A stretch of 64,000 nucleotides of DNA from the human T2T-CHM13v2.0 reference genome, Homo sapiens, in NCBI RefSeq assembly GCF_009914755.1, contig NC_060930.1; one strand, given 5' to 3'. Below are positions 12,995 to 27,825 of this stretch, piece by piece. Each line of letters begins with the position of its first letter. Position 1 is the first letter of the stretch. Position numbers and translations under genes: made by a program. The notes beneath the pieces are model-generated. The model did not search any database. It saw only the letters and a program-made list of their open reading frames with translations, and was not told the DNA's origin.

Positions 12995-13935
12995 AATAGA
13001 CCAAAATTGTGTATATTTATCATGAACAACATGATGTTTGAAAGATCTATACATTGTAGAATGGCTAAATTGAGATAATTAACATACACAGTATGCCACA
13101 AACTTCATTTTTTATGGTGTGAATACATAATCTACTCTCAGCAATTTTCAAGAACACAATACACTGTTATTAACTATAGTTAAATTACCTCCCACCAGGT
13201 CCCTCCCATGACATGTGGGGATTATGGGAACTACCGTTCAAGATGAGATTTGTGTGGGGACATAGCTAAACCATATCAGCCTGGCTTATTTCACTTAACA
13301 TAATGTCCTCTAGGTTCATCCATGTTGTTGCAAATGACAGAATTTCCTCCTTCTTTATGGCTGGATGGTATTCCATTGCTTGTATATATCACATTTTCTT
13401 TATCCTTTCATCTGTTGATGAACACAGATTGATTCCATCTTGGCTATTGTGAATAATGCTGCAATGACCATGAGAATTTAGACATATCTCAGAGTTACTG
13501 ATTTCATATCTTTTGAATATATACCCAGTAGTAGGACTTCTGAATCATATGGCAGTTCTATTTTTAGTTTTTTGAGGAATCACCATACTGTTTTTCATAA
13601 TGGCTGTACTAATTTACATTCCCGCCAATACTTTGCAAGTATTCCCTTTACTCTAAATTATCTCTTGTACTGATCATTCATTCAGTTTATAGATTTTTCA
13701 CCTCGTGGTCAAATGTATTCCTAGATATTTTCATTATTTTTGTAGCCATTGTAAATAAGATTGTTTTCCTGATTATTTATTTTTCAGGTAGTTTCTTATT
13801 AGTGAATAAAAATTTCAGTGACTTCTGTATGTTGATTTCATACTTTGCAACTTTACTGAAATTATTAGTTCTAACAGTTTTTTTGGTAGAGTTGTTAGAG
13901 TTTATATGCAAGATCATGTTATCTGGAAACAGGCA
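12995..13935 (-). mobile_element. L1MA8-like 3' fragment with internal deletions
   Basis: aaattgtgtatatttatcatgaacaacatgatg...aatggctaaattgagataattaacata...aatacactgttattaactatagt; resumes gcctggcttatttcacttaacataatgtcctc. Confidence 0.75.
13181..13278 (-). mobile_element. THE1 (MaLR) LTR terminal fragment
   Basis: attacctcccaccaggtccctcccatgacatgtggggattatggga...gatgagattt...ctaaaccatatca. Confidence 0.85.
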
Positions 13936-14149
13936 ATTTAACTCATTTTTCTCTTTCTTCTTTTCTAATATTTGCTTTGAATGTAATTAATTTCCTTTAA
14001 ATCCTGATTTAGTTTCATCCTACAAATTTTGATATGCTTGTTATTATGATGTTAAAATAGTTTTTATTTCCATTGTGATTACTTTTTGATGCATTGGATT
14101 TTCAGAAGTATATTGCTTAATTTCTATATTTATGAAGATTTTCTAGTTA

Positions 14150-14683
14150 CAGTCCATCCTACTTATTTATGAATCCTATATTTGCAAATTTGCTTACTCA
14201 CAAAAATTTATTTGTAGCCCCAAAATCAATACTCATGGCACTGCCACTGGCAGATGTGCAAAGAGTGGGGAAGAATTTGAGTCTATTTGATGATGCACAT
14301 GTTCCCGCTGAGGTAAAACAAGGCAACACCCTGCATTCTTGTTTCAGCTGTCTTACAAATGTGATGAGAGGATCGAGATGATGAGAACAGTGCAGTGTAG
14401 TGCCAGAAGTTCTGACTATGGGGCAGCTGGACAGCGTTTAAATCCCAATTCTGGCATCTATGAGGGAGTAGGGTAGCCTCGGGCAAGTTGCTTAACAGTT
14501 TGAGCCTTATTTTCTTTTTATAAGAATAAAGAAAGTAAAGTCTTTGTAATTTAAGAGTACAGTTTATGTGATATGTATTTATATGTACATATTTCCCCCA
14601 GAAGCAATAATTAAATATTCATTAATTCAATATTCACAGAGACTTTTCAGAATGAAACTATTGCAAATGTGGAGAATTCAGTG
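14150..14683 (+). mobile_element. MER82-like TcMar-Tigger non-autonomous DNA transposon
   Basis: ta|cagtccatcctacttattt...atttgcaaatttgcttactcacaaaaatttatttgtagccccaaaatcaatactc...; ends gaaactattgcaaatgtggagaattcagtg (degenerate TIR). Confidence 0.7.
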
Positions 14684-14817
14684 GGTTTTTTAAAAGAAAC
14701 TTCTACTTAATTCACTCATGTTCCCAATTCTTTTAATTTTACAGAGGCCAGTTTAATGGCCCAGTATATGTCTATACTGGTAAACACTTCAAATGCACAC
14801 TTGTTGGGTGACTCGTA

Positions 14818-15000
14818 TGTTTTATAAGTTGAATTGTATCTCCAAAAGTTTCTATGTTGAAGTCCTAACCCTCAATACCTCAAAATGTGACCTTATTTGG
14901 AAATAGGGTTATTGAAGACATAATTCATTATATTAAGATTAGGTCATAGCAGAGTAGGATGGGCTCCTAATCCAAATGACTAGTATTGTTATAAAAAGAG
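14818..15000 (+). mobile_element. MLT1B-like MaLR LTR, 5' half
   Basis: gttgaattgtatctcc...tatgttgaagtcctaaccc...tgtgaccttatttggaaataggg. Confidence 0.85.
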
Positions 15001-15735
15001 CGCCACTCAAAGGAACACACTTTAAAATAGTAAGAGCTATCTATGATAAACCCACAGCCAACATCATACTGAATGAGCAGAAGCTGGAAGCAATAAATAA
15101 AAGACATCCAAAGAGGAAGAGGAGAAATCAAATTATCTCTCTTTGTTGATGATAGGATCTTATCTCTAGAAAACCCTATAGACTTCACCAAGAAGATCCT
15201 AGAACTGAAAAATAACTTCGATAAAGTATTAGAGTACAAAATCAATGTACAGAAATCATTAACATTTTTATACATGAATAGCATTCAAACTGGGAGCCAA
15301 ATCAAGAACACAATACAATTTACAATAGTCAGAGAAAAAAATACCCAGAAATACATCTAACCAAGGAGGTGAACAATTTCTACATTAAGACTTAGAAATC
15401 ACTGTAGAAATAAATCATAGATGACAGAAACAAATGAAAAAGCATTCCATGCTCATGTATTGGAAGAATCAACATCACTAAGATGACCATACTGCTTAAA
15501 GCAATCTACAGATTCAATGCCAGTTCTATCAAATTACCGACATTATTTTTCACAGAATGAAAAAAAAAAAAAAACTCTTCTAAAATTCACAAGGAACCAA
15601 AAAAGAGCCAGTTTAGCCAAAGCAATCCTAAGCAAAAAGAATGAAACCAGAGGCATCACATTACCCAACTTCAAACTATACTATAAGGCAACAGTAAACA
15701 TAACAGCATGGTACTGGTACAAAAATAGACAAATA

Positions 15736-16093
15736 TGCAGCCACAAAAAGGAATGAGATCATGTCCTTTGCAGGGATATGGATAGAGTTGGAAGCCATTA
15801 TCCTCAGGAAACTAAGGCAGAAACAGAAGACCAAGCACTGGTCTCACTTATAGGTGGGAGTTGAACGATGAGAACACATGGACACTTGGCGGGGAACAAC
15901 ACACACTGAAGCTTGTTAGAAGGGGGAGTGAGGGGAGGGAGAGCATCAGGAAGAATAGCTAATGGGTGCTGCTCTTAATACCTAAGTGATTGGAAGATCT
16001 GTGTAGCAAACCACTATGGCACACATTTACCTATGTAACAAACCTGCCTATCCTGCACATGTACCCCTGGACTTAAAATAAAAGTTGAAGAAG
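15736..16093 (+). mobile_element. short L1PA13/14-like 3'-end insertion inside the L1PA16-like copy
   Basis: gagagcatcaggaagaatagctaatggg...cacatgtacccctggacttaaaataaaagttg; TSD aaaatagacaaata (15722-15735) / aaaaaagacaaata (16094-16107). Confidence 0.85.
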
Positions 16094-16632
16094 AAAAAAG
16101 ACAAATAGACCAATGAAACAGAATAGAGAACTCAGAAATAAAGCCACACATTTATGGCCATCTGATCTTCAACAAAGTCAACAAAAATAAGCAATGAGAA
16201 AAGGATTCTCTGTTCAATAAATAGTGCCGGGGTAGCTGTTTAGTTATGCAAAAGAATGGAAGTGGACCCCTATTTTTCACCACCTACAAATTAGCTCAAG
16301 ATGGATTAAAGATCTACATATAAGACTAAAACTATAAGAATCTTAGAAAACAACCTAGGAAATACCATTCTCGAAATCAGCCCTGTGAAAGAATTTATGT
16401 CTTAGTTCTGAAAAGCAATGGCAAAAAAAATAAAAATACTTAAGTGAAACCTAAAAACCTAAAGAGTTTCTGCACAGCAAAGGAAACCATCAACAGAGTA
16501 AACAGCCAATGGAATGGGAGAAAATATTCATAAACTATGGGTCTGACAAAGATCTAATATCCAGAATCTATAAGAAACTTAAATAATTAAACAAGCACAA
16601 AACAAACAACCCCATTAAAAAAATGGGCAAAT

Positions 16633-16892
16633 GGCTGGGCTCATGCCTGTAATCCCAGCACTTTGGGAGGCCGAAGCAGGTGCCACTTGTTGACTAGCTG
16701 GGCAGCATGGCAAAGCCCCATCTCTACCAAAAATACAAAAATTAGCCAGGCATGGTGGTGGGTGCCTGAAATCCCAGTTACTTGGGAGGCTGAGGCAGAA
16801 GAATTGCTTGAACCTTGGAGGCAGAGGTTTCAGTGAGCCAATGTCGCATTACTGCACTCTAGCCTGGGCAACACAGCAAGACTCCATCTCAA
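16633..16892 (+). mobile_element. Alu (AluS-like, internal deletions) inside L1
   Basis: ggctgggctcatgcctgtaatcccagcactttgggaggcc...; exact TSD aaaaaaatgggcaaa (16617-16631 / 16893-16907). Confidence 0.93.
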
Positions 16893-17680
16893 AAAAAAAT
16901 GGGCAAAGAACATGAACAGACACATTTCAAAAGAAGACATACATGCAGCCAACAATCATAGCTATTACTGAAAAGTCAAAAAATGTCAGATATTGGCGAG
17001 ACTGCAGAGAAAAGGGAACACTTCATACACTGTTGGTAGGAATGTAAATTAGTTCAAACACTGTGGAAAGCCATTTAGAGATTTCTCACATAACTCAAAA
17101 CAGAACTATCATTGGATTTAGCAGTCTCATTACTGGATATATATCCAAAGGAAAATAAATTGTCCTACCGTAAAGACACATGCACATATATGTTCACTGC
17201 AGAACTATTCACAATAGCAAAGACATGGAATCAACCTAGATGCCCATCAATGATGGGTTGAATAAATAAAATATGGTACATATACATCATTTACTATGCA
17301 GCCATAAAAATGAACAAAAGCATGTTCTTTGCAGCAATGTGGATGCAACTGAAGGCCATTATCCTAAGCAAATTAATGCAGGAACAGAAAATCAAATACC
17401 ACATGTTCTTATTTACAAGTGGGAGATAACATTGGGTACACACGGATATAAAAATGGAAACAGTATATATTTGGGACTATCAAAGTGGGGAGAGAAGGAG
17501 TGAGGCAAGGGCTGAAAACATTGGGTACTATATTTACTATCTGGGTGACGGGATTTTTTTATACTCCAAACCTCAGCATCACAATATGCCCATTAACAAA
17601 CATGTACATGTACCCCTGAAACTAAAAGTTAAAATTATATAAAATTGTGAAAAATAAAATGAAATAAAATAGAAAAAAAA

Positions 17681-17936
17681 TACCACATGAAGTCACAAAC
17701 ACAGGGAGAATATCATATGAAGCTTCAACTTATAATGCCACAAGCCAGGTAACTACCAGAAGGTAGAATAGAGGCCTAGAACAGATATTTTCCTAGTGCC
17801 TTCTGAAGGAGTGTGGCTCTGGTAACAATTTGGTTTCAGACTACCAGTCTCTAGAACTGTTAGACAATAAATTTCTGTTTCAGCTACCCAGTTAGTTTGT
17901 GGTACTTTGTTACAACAGACTAAGGAAGTCAATACG
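17681..17936 (+). mobile_element. MLT1B-like MaLR LTR, 3' half
   Basis: acacagggagaat...tagaactgttagacaataaatttctgttt...tttgtggtactttgttac...aatacg. Confidence 0.85.
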
Positions 17937-17939
17937 ATG

Positions 17940-18700
17940 CGTTCGTAGCAATTAAAACAAATTTGTTACTTCTGATCAAATCTTCCATTCCCTTATATAT
18001 TTTTAACCTGTTTATTCTATCAGTTTTTGATAGATGTGTTAAAATCTCTCACTATAATTGTGGATTTTCAGTCTCCTTTCAATGATGCCAGTTTTTGTTT
18101 TATATATTAGGAGGCATACAGATTTGGGTGCATATAAATTTATGTATTTATTTTTAATTTTTAGATGCATACAGACTTTAAATTGTTATAGTTCTCTGGT
18201 GAATTGACCCTCTTATGATAAAGAAATGTTCCATATTTCCCTCTATTAGTCAGCCTAACAGTTGTAAATTATTTTACTATTCTTTTAATGGCTGTCCTAG
18301 AGATTGCAACATACGCCACTGGTTATTAAAATCTAATATGTATTTTTTATTTTTGCTATTGCCAGGATAGTACAAAGCTTTTGCAACATTTTAACACTAT
18401 GAAAATCATGTCATTCTTTGAGCTGTCGTTGTGTATTTTAATTTTGCACATATCTTATAATGAAAAATACATTATTATTGCTTTATATACTATAACAAAA
18501 ATTGACACTTAATTCTAATAAGTAGTATAAGCTATTTGCAAAATATAATTATGTAACATAACTTTCATAATTTATACATTATTTTTAAAATCCTTTAAAA
18601 TTTATACTCATATATTCTTTTTCTATTGCTTTTTCTTTATTTTTCCATTTTGAATTTAAATCTAAGTTATTTCTTTCCAGCTCAAGAGCCTTCTTTACTT
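17940..18700 (-). mobile_element. ancient L1ME-class element, ORF2 endonuclease-region remnant
   Basis: tgttaaaatctctcactataattgtggattt...ggtgcatataaattt...ctggtgaattgaccct, antisense EN-domain motifs. Confidence 0.65.
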
Positions 18701-18704
18701 TTCC

Positions 18705-20280
<1,576 letters not shown>

Positions 20281-20476
20281 TTTCTTGGGGGGGGAGTTGA
20301 TTTTCTTATAACCTGTCTAATTTGTCTATGCTGTTATGTTTATATGTAATTTTGCAAAACAGAACAAAAGAATTACATTTTTCTCTGCTTATGAATATAT
20401 CATTAAACTAACAGGACTTGTCTGTTATTCAGTCCAGAACACCAGGGGGATTTTTTTTTTCCTTTTATTTTGGTCA

Positions 20477-20862
20477 GTATTTCAGTCAGTATAAACTATA
20501 TTGGTTACACTATGAAAATAAATGAACCCTAAACTTCATGACTTAGAGCAAAGTTTTTTAAATTGCTCATACTTCATGTGCCTCAGTTTAGGGAGGGATT
20601 CTGCTTTTGCTTGATCTCATCAAAAATTCAGATAAACCTAGAACATTTCTAGTCATAGTAAAAGATTTAAAAAGTTATAGCAAATAAATTTCTGATTCTG
20701 AAAGTGTTTCTCCTGGATATAACTCAAGTCTCTTCTGCTTACAATTCAGTGGTCAAATCAAATCACATGGCTAGACCTTCCTCAAGGAGTCAGAAACATT
20801 CAATCTTACTCGGTGCCTACAAAGAGAAACAGAATATCTCTGAACAGCACCAATGGGTAACA
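20477..20862 (-). mobile_element. old MaLR LTR (MLT1K/L-like)
   Basis: cttctgcttacaattcagtggtcaaatcaaatcacatggc...tgaacagcaccaatgggtaaca. Confidence 0.6.
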
Positions 20863-20978
20863 GAAAGTTTTTTTAAGTGGCCAACAAGCATCATAACCTA
20901 ATAACTGCAAGACTGTAAAGTCCTCAATGGTGTATAATATGTTCTGTTCTTAATTGTGTGTATATATTCTAATACAAC

Positions 20979-21545
20979 TGTGTTAGTTTCATATTGCTGA
21001 CATAAATGATTACAAACCAATGGCATAACTAAACACAAATTTGTTATCTTACAGTTCTGTAGGGAAGTCTGGTACAGGTTTCACTGAGCTAAAGTCAAGT
21101 GTTCAGTGTCTGTTTTCCTTTCTGGAAGCTCTAGTGGAGAAATTAAATTTTTGCTTATTTCAGTTATTGGTTAAGTAAGTCTCTTGTGTTTATAAGACTT
21201 AGTGAGGTCCCTGTTTTCTTGCTGACTATAAACTAAGGACCACTCCAAGCTTCTAGACACTATCACATTACTTCATTCAATGTCTCCTTCCTTCATCTTC
21301 AAAGCTGGCAATTGCAGGTTGAGACTATCTCACATCACATATCTCCGACCTTTCTGGCTCTTCTTTTCCCCCTTTAAGAACTGTTGTGATTAGATTGTCT
21401 CACCCACAAAGCCCAAGATAATCTCCCTACCTCAAGGTCCTTAATTCCTTTTGCAAAGCTTGTTTTGCCATTAAAGAAAAATATTCACATGTTCCAGGCA
21501 TTAGGGCATAAATATCTCTGCAAGATGATTATTTTGCCTATCAAA
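20979..21545 (-). mobile_element. MLT1E-like MaLR LTR
   Basis: tgtgttagtttc...acacaaatttgttatcttacagttctg...tctggaagctctag...gataatctccctacctcaaggtcctta. Confidence 0.75.
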
Positions 21546-21688
21546 ATAGTTCATGGAATAATCTATGTGCCCAGTAAAGTATAGTTAACAATATGATGAA
21601 CAAAAGAAGCGATGATAATTATGTAAGTATATATCACAACAAAACAACTGTTAAAAATTCCTTTCTTATGGAAGACATCATTTTCTGA

Positions 21689-22043
<355 letters not shown>

Positions 22044-22059
22044 TGAGACATGCTTTTCC

Positions 22060-22320
22060 CATTCAGTAGACATATAATGAATAATTGTTGAGTGAATGAA
22101 TGAACAAATGGGTAAATACATATTTTCTCACTAAACTAACATGCTTTTTATATCTTATGACATACAGTTATTTTAATTTTTGGTACTGACATTTTTGTGC
22201 ATATTTTATTTTTCTGTTAGACTATAGCCTCTTGGAAATCAACGTCCAAGTATGTTTTGTATGTAAATCTGACACACAGGATAGCTACTGCATGGATGGG
22301 GCATTAATAAATATTTGTAA
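22060..22320 (+). mobile_element. L2 3'-end remnants
   Basis: ttgttgagtgaatgaatgaa; ttagactatagcctcttgga...taataaatatttgt. Confidence 0.55.
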
Positions 22321-22755
22321 AGATATAGTTAAAGCATGACATTTCTTATAATTCAAAATTACCTTGAAAATAAAAAGTAATATTTGAAATCAGGATACAG
22401 AATCAATACACACTTAACTACAAGTGTGTTTGAGTTTTCAAAATGAGCTTAAATATATATAACGGATGGGACTAAAGTTCAAATATCTTGTTGAATTTAA
22501 AGGAAAATTGAAACCCAAAAAGTTTCATTAATTTTTTATAAAATTATATATTTAATGCCCTTTCCTTCTCACTGGTTTGACTCCATCTATTCCTATGAAA
22601 GGACACACTTAAAATAGTAATACGCATTTTTTTCAAGAAAAAAAGCTTAATTAAATTTTGTTTTTAAAATGTAGACAAGTTATTTATGGCCAAATCTAGT
22701 TGTCCTTCATGTCCTGAAATCTTAAGTTAGAATTACTAGTTATATCTTTTTCTAT

Positions 22756-22757
<2 letters not shown>

Positions 22758-22795
<38 letters not shown>
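22758..22795. repeat. perfect (GT)19 microsatellite
   Basis: uninterrupted GT run. Confidence 0.97.
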
Positions 22796-22797
<2 letters not shown>

Positions 22798-23689
22798 TAA
22801 CATGTTTTACTCTCTGGTTAAAACAGGGAAAAACCATTATGATTATGTGGTTTGTATATGACAATTTCTGTGCCTAGCTGTGTAGTCAAATTTAAAAATT
22901 TTAGATCCATTTTATTATGTATTTAAACAATGGAAGAACTATGGTGTCTATAACTATAGGCACTAATCATAAGTAATGAAATTAATAAAATAGCAGGAAT
23001 TAATGGACAAGACATTCTGTTGCATTATTTTGTCAATAAAACTTCAAATGATTAATGGATACAAGTTTGAAAGTGAGCCATGCTATAGTATTGATTGAAA
23101 TCTTTAGATGGTCATAGACGACACAACTCTAGGAAAAGTCATATGGGGAGAGTGTGCATGAGAGAAAGATTTGTAGTACTAAAATAATCCAAGAATGACT
23201 TTTCCCAGTGTTGTGTCATATATGCACATATAAAGATTTCAATCAATACTATAGCATAGCTGGCTCTCATACTTGTATCTATTAATCATTCAAAGTATAT
23301 TTAGTATGCATTTATATATTTAACTTAAGTATGTAAATATATATACTTAATTTTAAAAAATAATATCTGTACTTGATCAATCAGCTAGTGAAGGCCATCT
23401 GGTCCTATATATGGAGAAATACAACCATAGACATGCATTTTATTTTTTTCTTTGTTATTGATTAATCCTGATTCTTTCAAGGATAAATGAAATGAATATT
23501 TTATAAAGCATAAGATAAAATGATCTATGTTAGTAAATACCAAACAGTTTCAACAGTCTGCTTTTTTTGTCATGATTCAGGGCATTTGGCTGAGTAATCA
23601 ATTCAAATATTTAGGAATGAGTTCTATATATGGTGGAAAATGGTAGCATGTATTTCTAAGGCATATTGTAGTTTTCAAATAAATATTAC

Positions 23690-23840
23690 CCATGTTATTC
23701 CACTGTATTTTCACAATTTCTCTGTGATGTAGGCAAGGTAGGAATAGCTAATCCAATTTTACCAATGAGAAAATTGAGATTCAAGAGTTATAAGTGATAT
23801 ATCCAGTTTTAGAGCTAATTGTGGAAGCCAAGAAATCCCT
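23690..23840 (-). mobile_element. MIR remnant
   Basis: ccaattttaccaatgagaaaattgagattcaagagttataagtga. Confidence 0.6.
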
Positions 23841-25603
23841 TAACAGAGATTTCTTTTACCTTCTTATTTTTTCTTAGATCTTTTTTTAATAGACACTTTC
23901 CTAGACATTAAGCCTGACAAATTGCCTGATACTTCTGTAAAAGATTTTATGCAATGCTTAGGCCTTTGTTTCAGAGAATTGCCCAGCTATATGTCTAACC
24001 TTTCAGATACCAGGCAAGCAACCATCTAGCCACAGATTTTCCAGATATGGCTGTTAAACTTTTGCCATTTTGATTAGGCCTTAGAAATATTAATAATGTG
24101 ATAATAGTAGTCTAGTTATTTCTGTCACATTCTCTTCTAGATTATAAATCCTGGGCAGCATCCTAACAACAGTAAATGAAAAGGCAGAAATAATAGAAGT
24201 TATTTACGCAGTTATTTTCCTCACCTCATATGAAGGGGTGGGGGCAAGATGATATGGTAGCTAATTGACATGTGGTCAATTATAATAAAATAACAGATCT
24301 CCGAACCCACTCTGGAGAGGTGGGTTCAGCATTGTTAATTATTGGCTGCACAATTATGAGCAAAAAGAGTCACTCTAAAAATACGTGTATTGATAGCTTA
24401 TCTGAATTACAATTTGATGACTGTCAAAATAGTCTATGTGAAAGTGAGTTTCTATAACCAGAAATAAGATCCAGCATGAAGCCCTTGAACACGCTGTTGC
24501 TCAAGATGTTCTTGCATTATTTTCCTATTAATACAATTATATCCTTGAGTTGAAGGGAAAAAAGCACTTTATAGGCTATATAACAGCACCATGGTGGATA
24601 ACTACCAGCATTCTATTAGTTATGGATATTTTACATTTTACATGACTGACTATATTAAGGGATAGGAAAAAAACTTCCTTTGATTAGAGAGAATTCTTTG
24701 CATTATGATGACATATTACATTAAGTGGCTTACTAAAACTCCTCAGCATCTTTGAAAGCCATGCCAGTAGTGGAAAAGGCTAAATTATATATGTATCAGG
24801 CTCTTTATACTTAGCTTAGGCTTTCAGCATACATTATCTCCCTTTTAATCTAACCATATGTTATGTGGGTCCTAAAACTTATTTCATATGTCATAGATCA
24901 GACACTATGAAGCCATCATCATTCATACTGTGTCAGAACTCAAGGTACAAGCAACTATTTTCCTTATTTACTTTTCATTGTAATTCATCTCATTTTATTT
25001 CTTTTCAGAGTAACTGTAAAATTTTGAAGTCATTCTCATCAAGATCAAGTCATTTTTATAACAGTATTGTTAACATCAACTCTTCAAAAAAAATCATTCT
25101 TTTACTATGAAACCTTGTCTTGTCTCCCTGAATTTTACTACATTTCCAACCTCTGTGATGTGTCCTTTTATGAGAACTCTATTTCCACTTTTTGTTTAGC
25201 AGGGAATTTCAAGGTTCAAATGGATAGTTTGAAGTACTATAAGAACTCATAAAATATTGCCGATAAACATACCAGATGACACTGGATCATCTAATTTAAT
25301 AATTATTATGTTACATATTCAAATGCGTATATACTTGCTTGGTCTATCAAGGAAGTTCTTGTTCATAGAGAAAAAGGAACATTTAAAATCAAATTTCAAT
25401 ATCGTATGATTCATATTAACAACAATAGGTAGAAAATACTCTGAGAAGTCAAAAGCATGTATAATTAATCAAAAATAATCAATAAGTAAAGGATTTGTGG
25501 AGGAGGTGATATTTAGACTGGCTGTGAAAGGATTATTTTAGTAGGATATAGAACTAAGTAGAAAGTAGGGGGTGAATATATTGCAGGAAAAGACAATATT
25601 ATG

Positions 25604-26282
25604 GTTTATTAGTTATCTTTTGCTGAATAAAAAAGTACTACCAACTCAGTGGCTTATAACAACATGCATTAATTATCTCATAACTTCCATGTGTCTGGGT
25701 CTGGGAATGCCTAGCTGAGCCCTGTAGTCAGTGTCTCACAAGCTGTATTCAAGGTGCTGGCTTTGTCTACAGTCTCACCTAGTAGCTCCAAGTAGGGAAG
25801 AATCAGCTTCCAAGCTCATTCAGGTTCTCGGCAGAATTAATTTCCTTGTGGTTGTAGTGCTGGTGCCCTGGCTTGTTACTGGCTGTTGTCCTGGAGGCTG
25901 CACTCAGGTCCTGCAAGCCACCCATAGCTCCCGTCTACAAGGCTTTGCCCATGGACATTTGAAATATGGATGTTTGCCTCAGCAAGGCCAGCAGGAGAAA
26001 CTCTCAATGTTAAGGGCTGATTAGGTCATGCTTACCTGAGATAAACCCCTTTTGTTAACTCAAAAATCAACTCATATAGGACTTTAATTACATGTGCAAA
26101 ATCCCTTTATCTTTGCCATATAGCATAGCTTTATCATGGGAGTGACATCCCATCACCTTCACCAAATTCTGTTGGCTAGAACGAAATCACAGATACAACC
26201 CACACTTCAAGGAAAGGGATTATGCGAAGGAGTGGTCAGCGAAGGCTGAGAATTATTGGGGATCACCCTAGGCTCTATCATA
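25604..26282 (-). mobile_element. MLT1E-like MaLR LTR (inserted within L2)
   Basis: tttattagttatc...cagtggcttataacaaca...gcttccaagctcattcaggtt...aatcaactcatataggactttaattacatgtgcaaaatcccttt. Confidence 0.8.
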
Positions 26283-26329
26283 ATAAATTTAAAAAAGGTA
26301 TTCATTAAATACTGTATGAATTGCAAAAC

Positions 26330-27330
26330 TGCAAGTACTATAATTTCATAGGGTAGAAGCAGAGACTATAAAACATGAGTTAAGGTAGATAAAGGACAGA
26401 ACCTATGAACTTTGGGTGTTTTTTTAAAGAGTTTAGGTTTTGTGCTATAGGCAATGAGAAACCCACTGCAGGATATTCTCAGACTAGAACTTGGTGAGAA
26501 TCATCCTGGAAGCAGTGAGCTAGATGAAATGCAGCAGACTGGGTTTGAAAGTAGGGAAGCCAGTTAGAACACTTGCAATAATCCAGACACAAGAGGATGG
26601 GACCTTGGTGAGACCAATGAGATGGAATAAAAGAGAAATCAGATATAAAGAGATACTTAAGAAAAAGGATTACCATGAGCATTGAAGATTGGGAAGAGGG
26701 AGATGTGTTGAGTAAGTTGAGTCTAAACTGGGTTTAATCTCTACTTCAAGAGCTCCCTAGTCTTGTCTTGAATATAGGATTCATCACTGTATAAAAAATA
26801 TTGATTGAGCATATATTTTACACAAAGCACTCCATTATTTTGTGAAATTCAAATATTTTACAAACATGTTATCCAATTCAAGTATATGGTACACATAATC
26901 TAAATGACTAGATAGATGAGACAGAGTGTAGCATGATATGTGATGTGATACAATGACATGATACCTAGAAAATTTCATCTTGGCTGTAACTTGTAAGTTT
27001 TACACAGGATAGCAAATAAAGGAAAAGTTTAGAAACAGAGATTGAGACTAGGTACAGGAATCTTTGAGTGAGAGTTAAAGGACTTGAGCTTTATTCTATA
27101 GGCAATAGAGAAGTCAATTAAGGCTTTGAAGCATGAGATTGACTCTACCAAAACAGTGCTTTCTGAAAATTAATTTAAAAATTGATGAGCATAATAGATT
27201 TGATGAGTATAGAGATGGAAGACTAAAGGAAATTTTTATACTAGGATTGAATGAATATAGGCTCTGGCTGGAGTTGGACCAGTGAGATTGGAAAAAATGA
27301 TGCAAGGCAGAAATGTTTGTCTTTCACTAG
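26330..27330 (-). mobile_element. L2 LINE remnants
   Basis: ataggcaatgagaaacccactg...gtagggaagccagttagaa...; ttattctataggcaatagagaagtcaattaaggctttgaagca. Confidence 0.6.
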
Positions 27331-27569
27331 AAGTGTCCAAGGTTTCCAGTAGCAGAAAATTGCTAGGATGGGTTTTTATTTATTTGATATGTTTACTTTC
27401 TCACCAGCATTTGAAGAGCTTCCCTATCCTACATATCAATGTCATCATTAGTGAACATTCTATTTTTCATGTGTCTTTGTCATTACCTCTAGTTATAGCT
27501 TAAAAATTAATTGTTGTTTAATATCTTTTATCCACCCAAAGGCTAGAGATTTCTATTCTAACAGATAAC

Positions 27570-27825
27570 AATTATTTTATTACTAATACTACTGAAAATT
27601 GCTATAGAATGTGTTTTACATGCAGATGCTATTCTGAACATTCAACAACAATTATCTTTTAGAATAAACAATATGGTTGTGAACCCAAATGGCAGGGTAA
27701 AGAAGCTGAGGTGAAATAATGTGCTTAGGTTCATATTTCTAGTTAGAGAATCAGGATTCTAATTTTCAGTATGGACAGAATTTATTACAGAACTCATGCT
27801 CTTGACCATTATGTGATATGCCTAA
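27570..27825 (-). mobile_element. MIR remnant
   Basis: tactactgaaaattgctatagaatg...ctcatgctcttgaccattatgtgatatgcct. Confidence 0.5.

Larger units (their letters stand above)
15005..17680 (+). mobile_element. 5'-truncated L1PA16/17-like LINE-1 inserted in MLT1B
   Basis: ORF2 3' half remnants ([15 protein letters not shown] in ORF 15517-15756); 3'UTR ttgggtactatatttactatctgggtgacggg...aaacctcagcatcac; A-rich tail. Confidence 0.85.
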
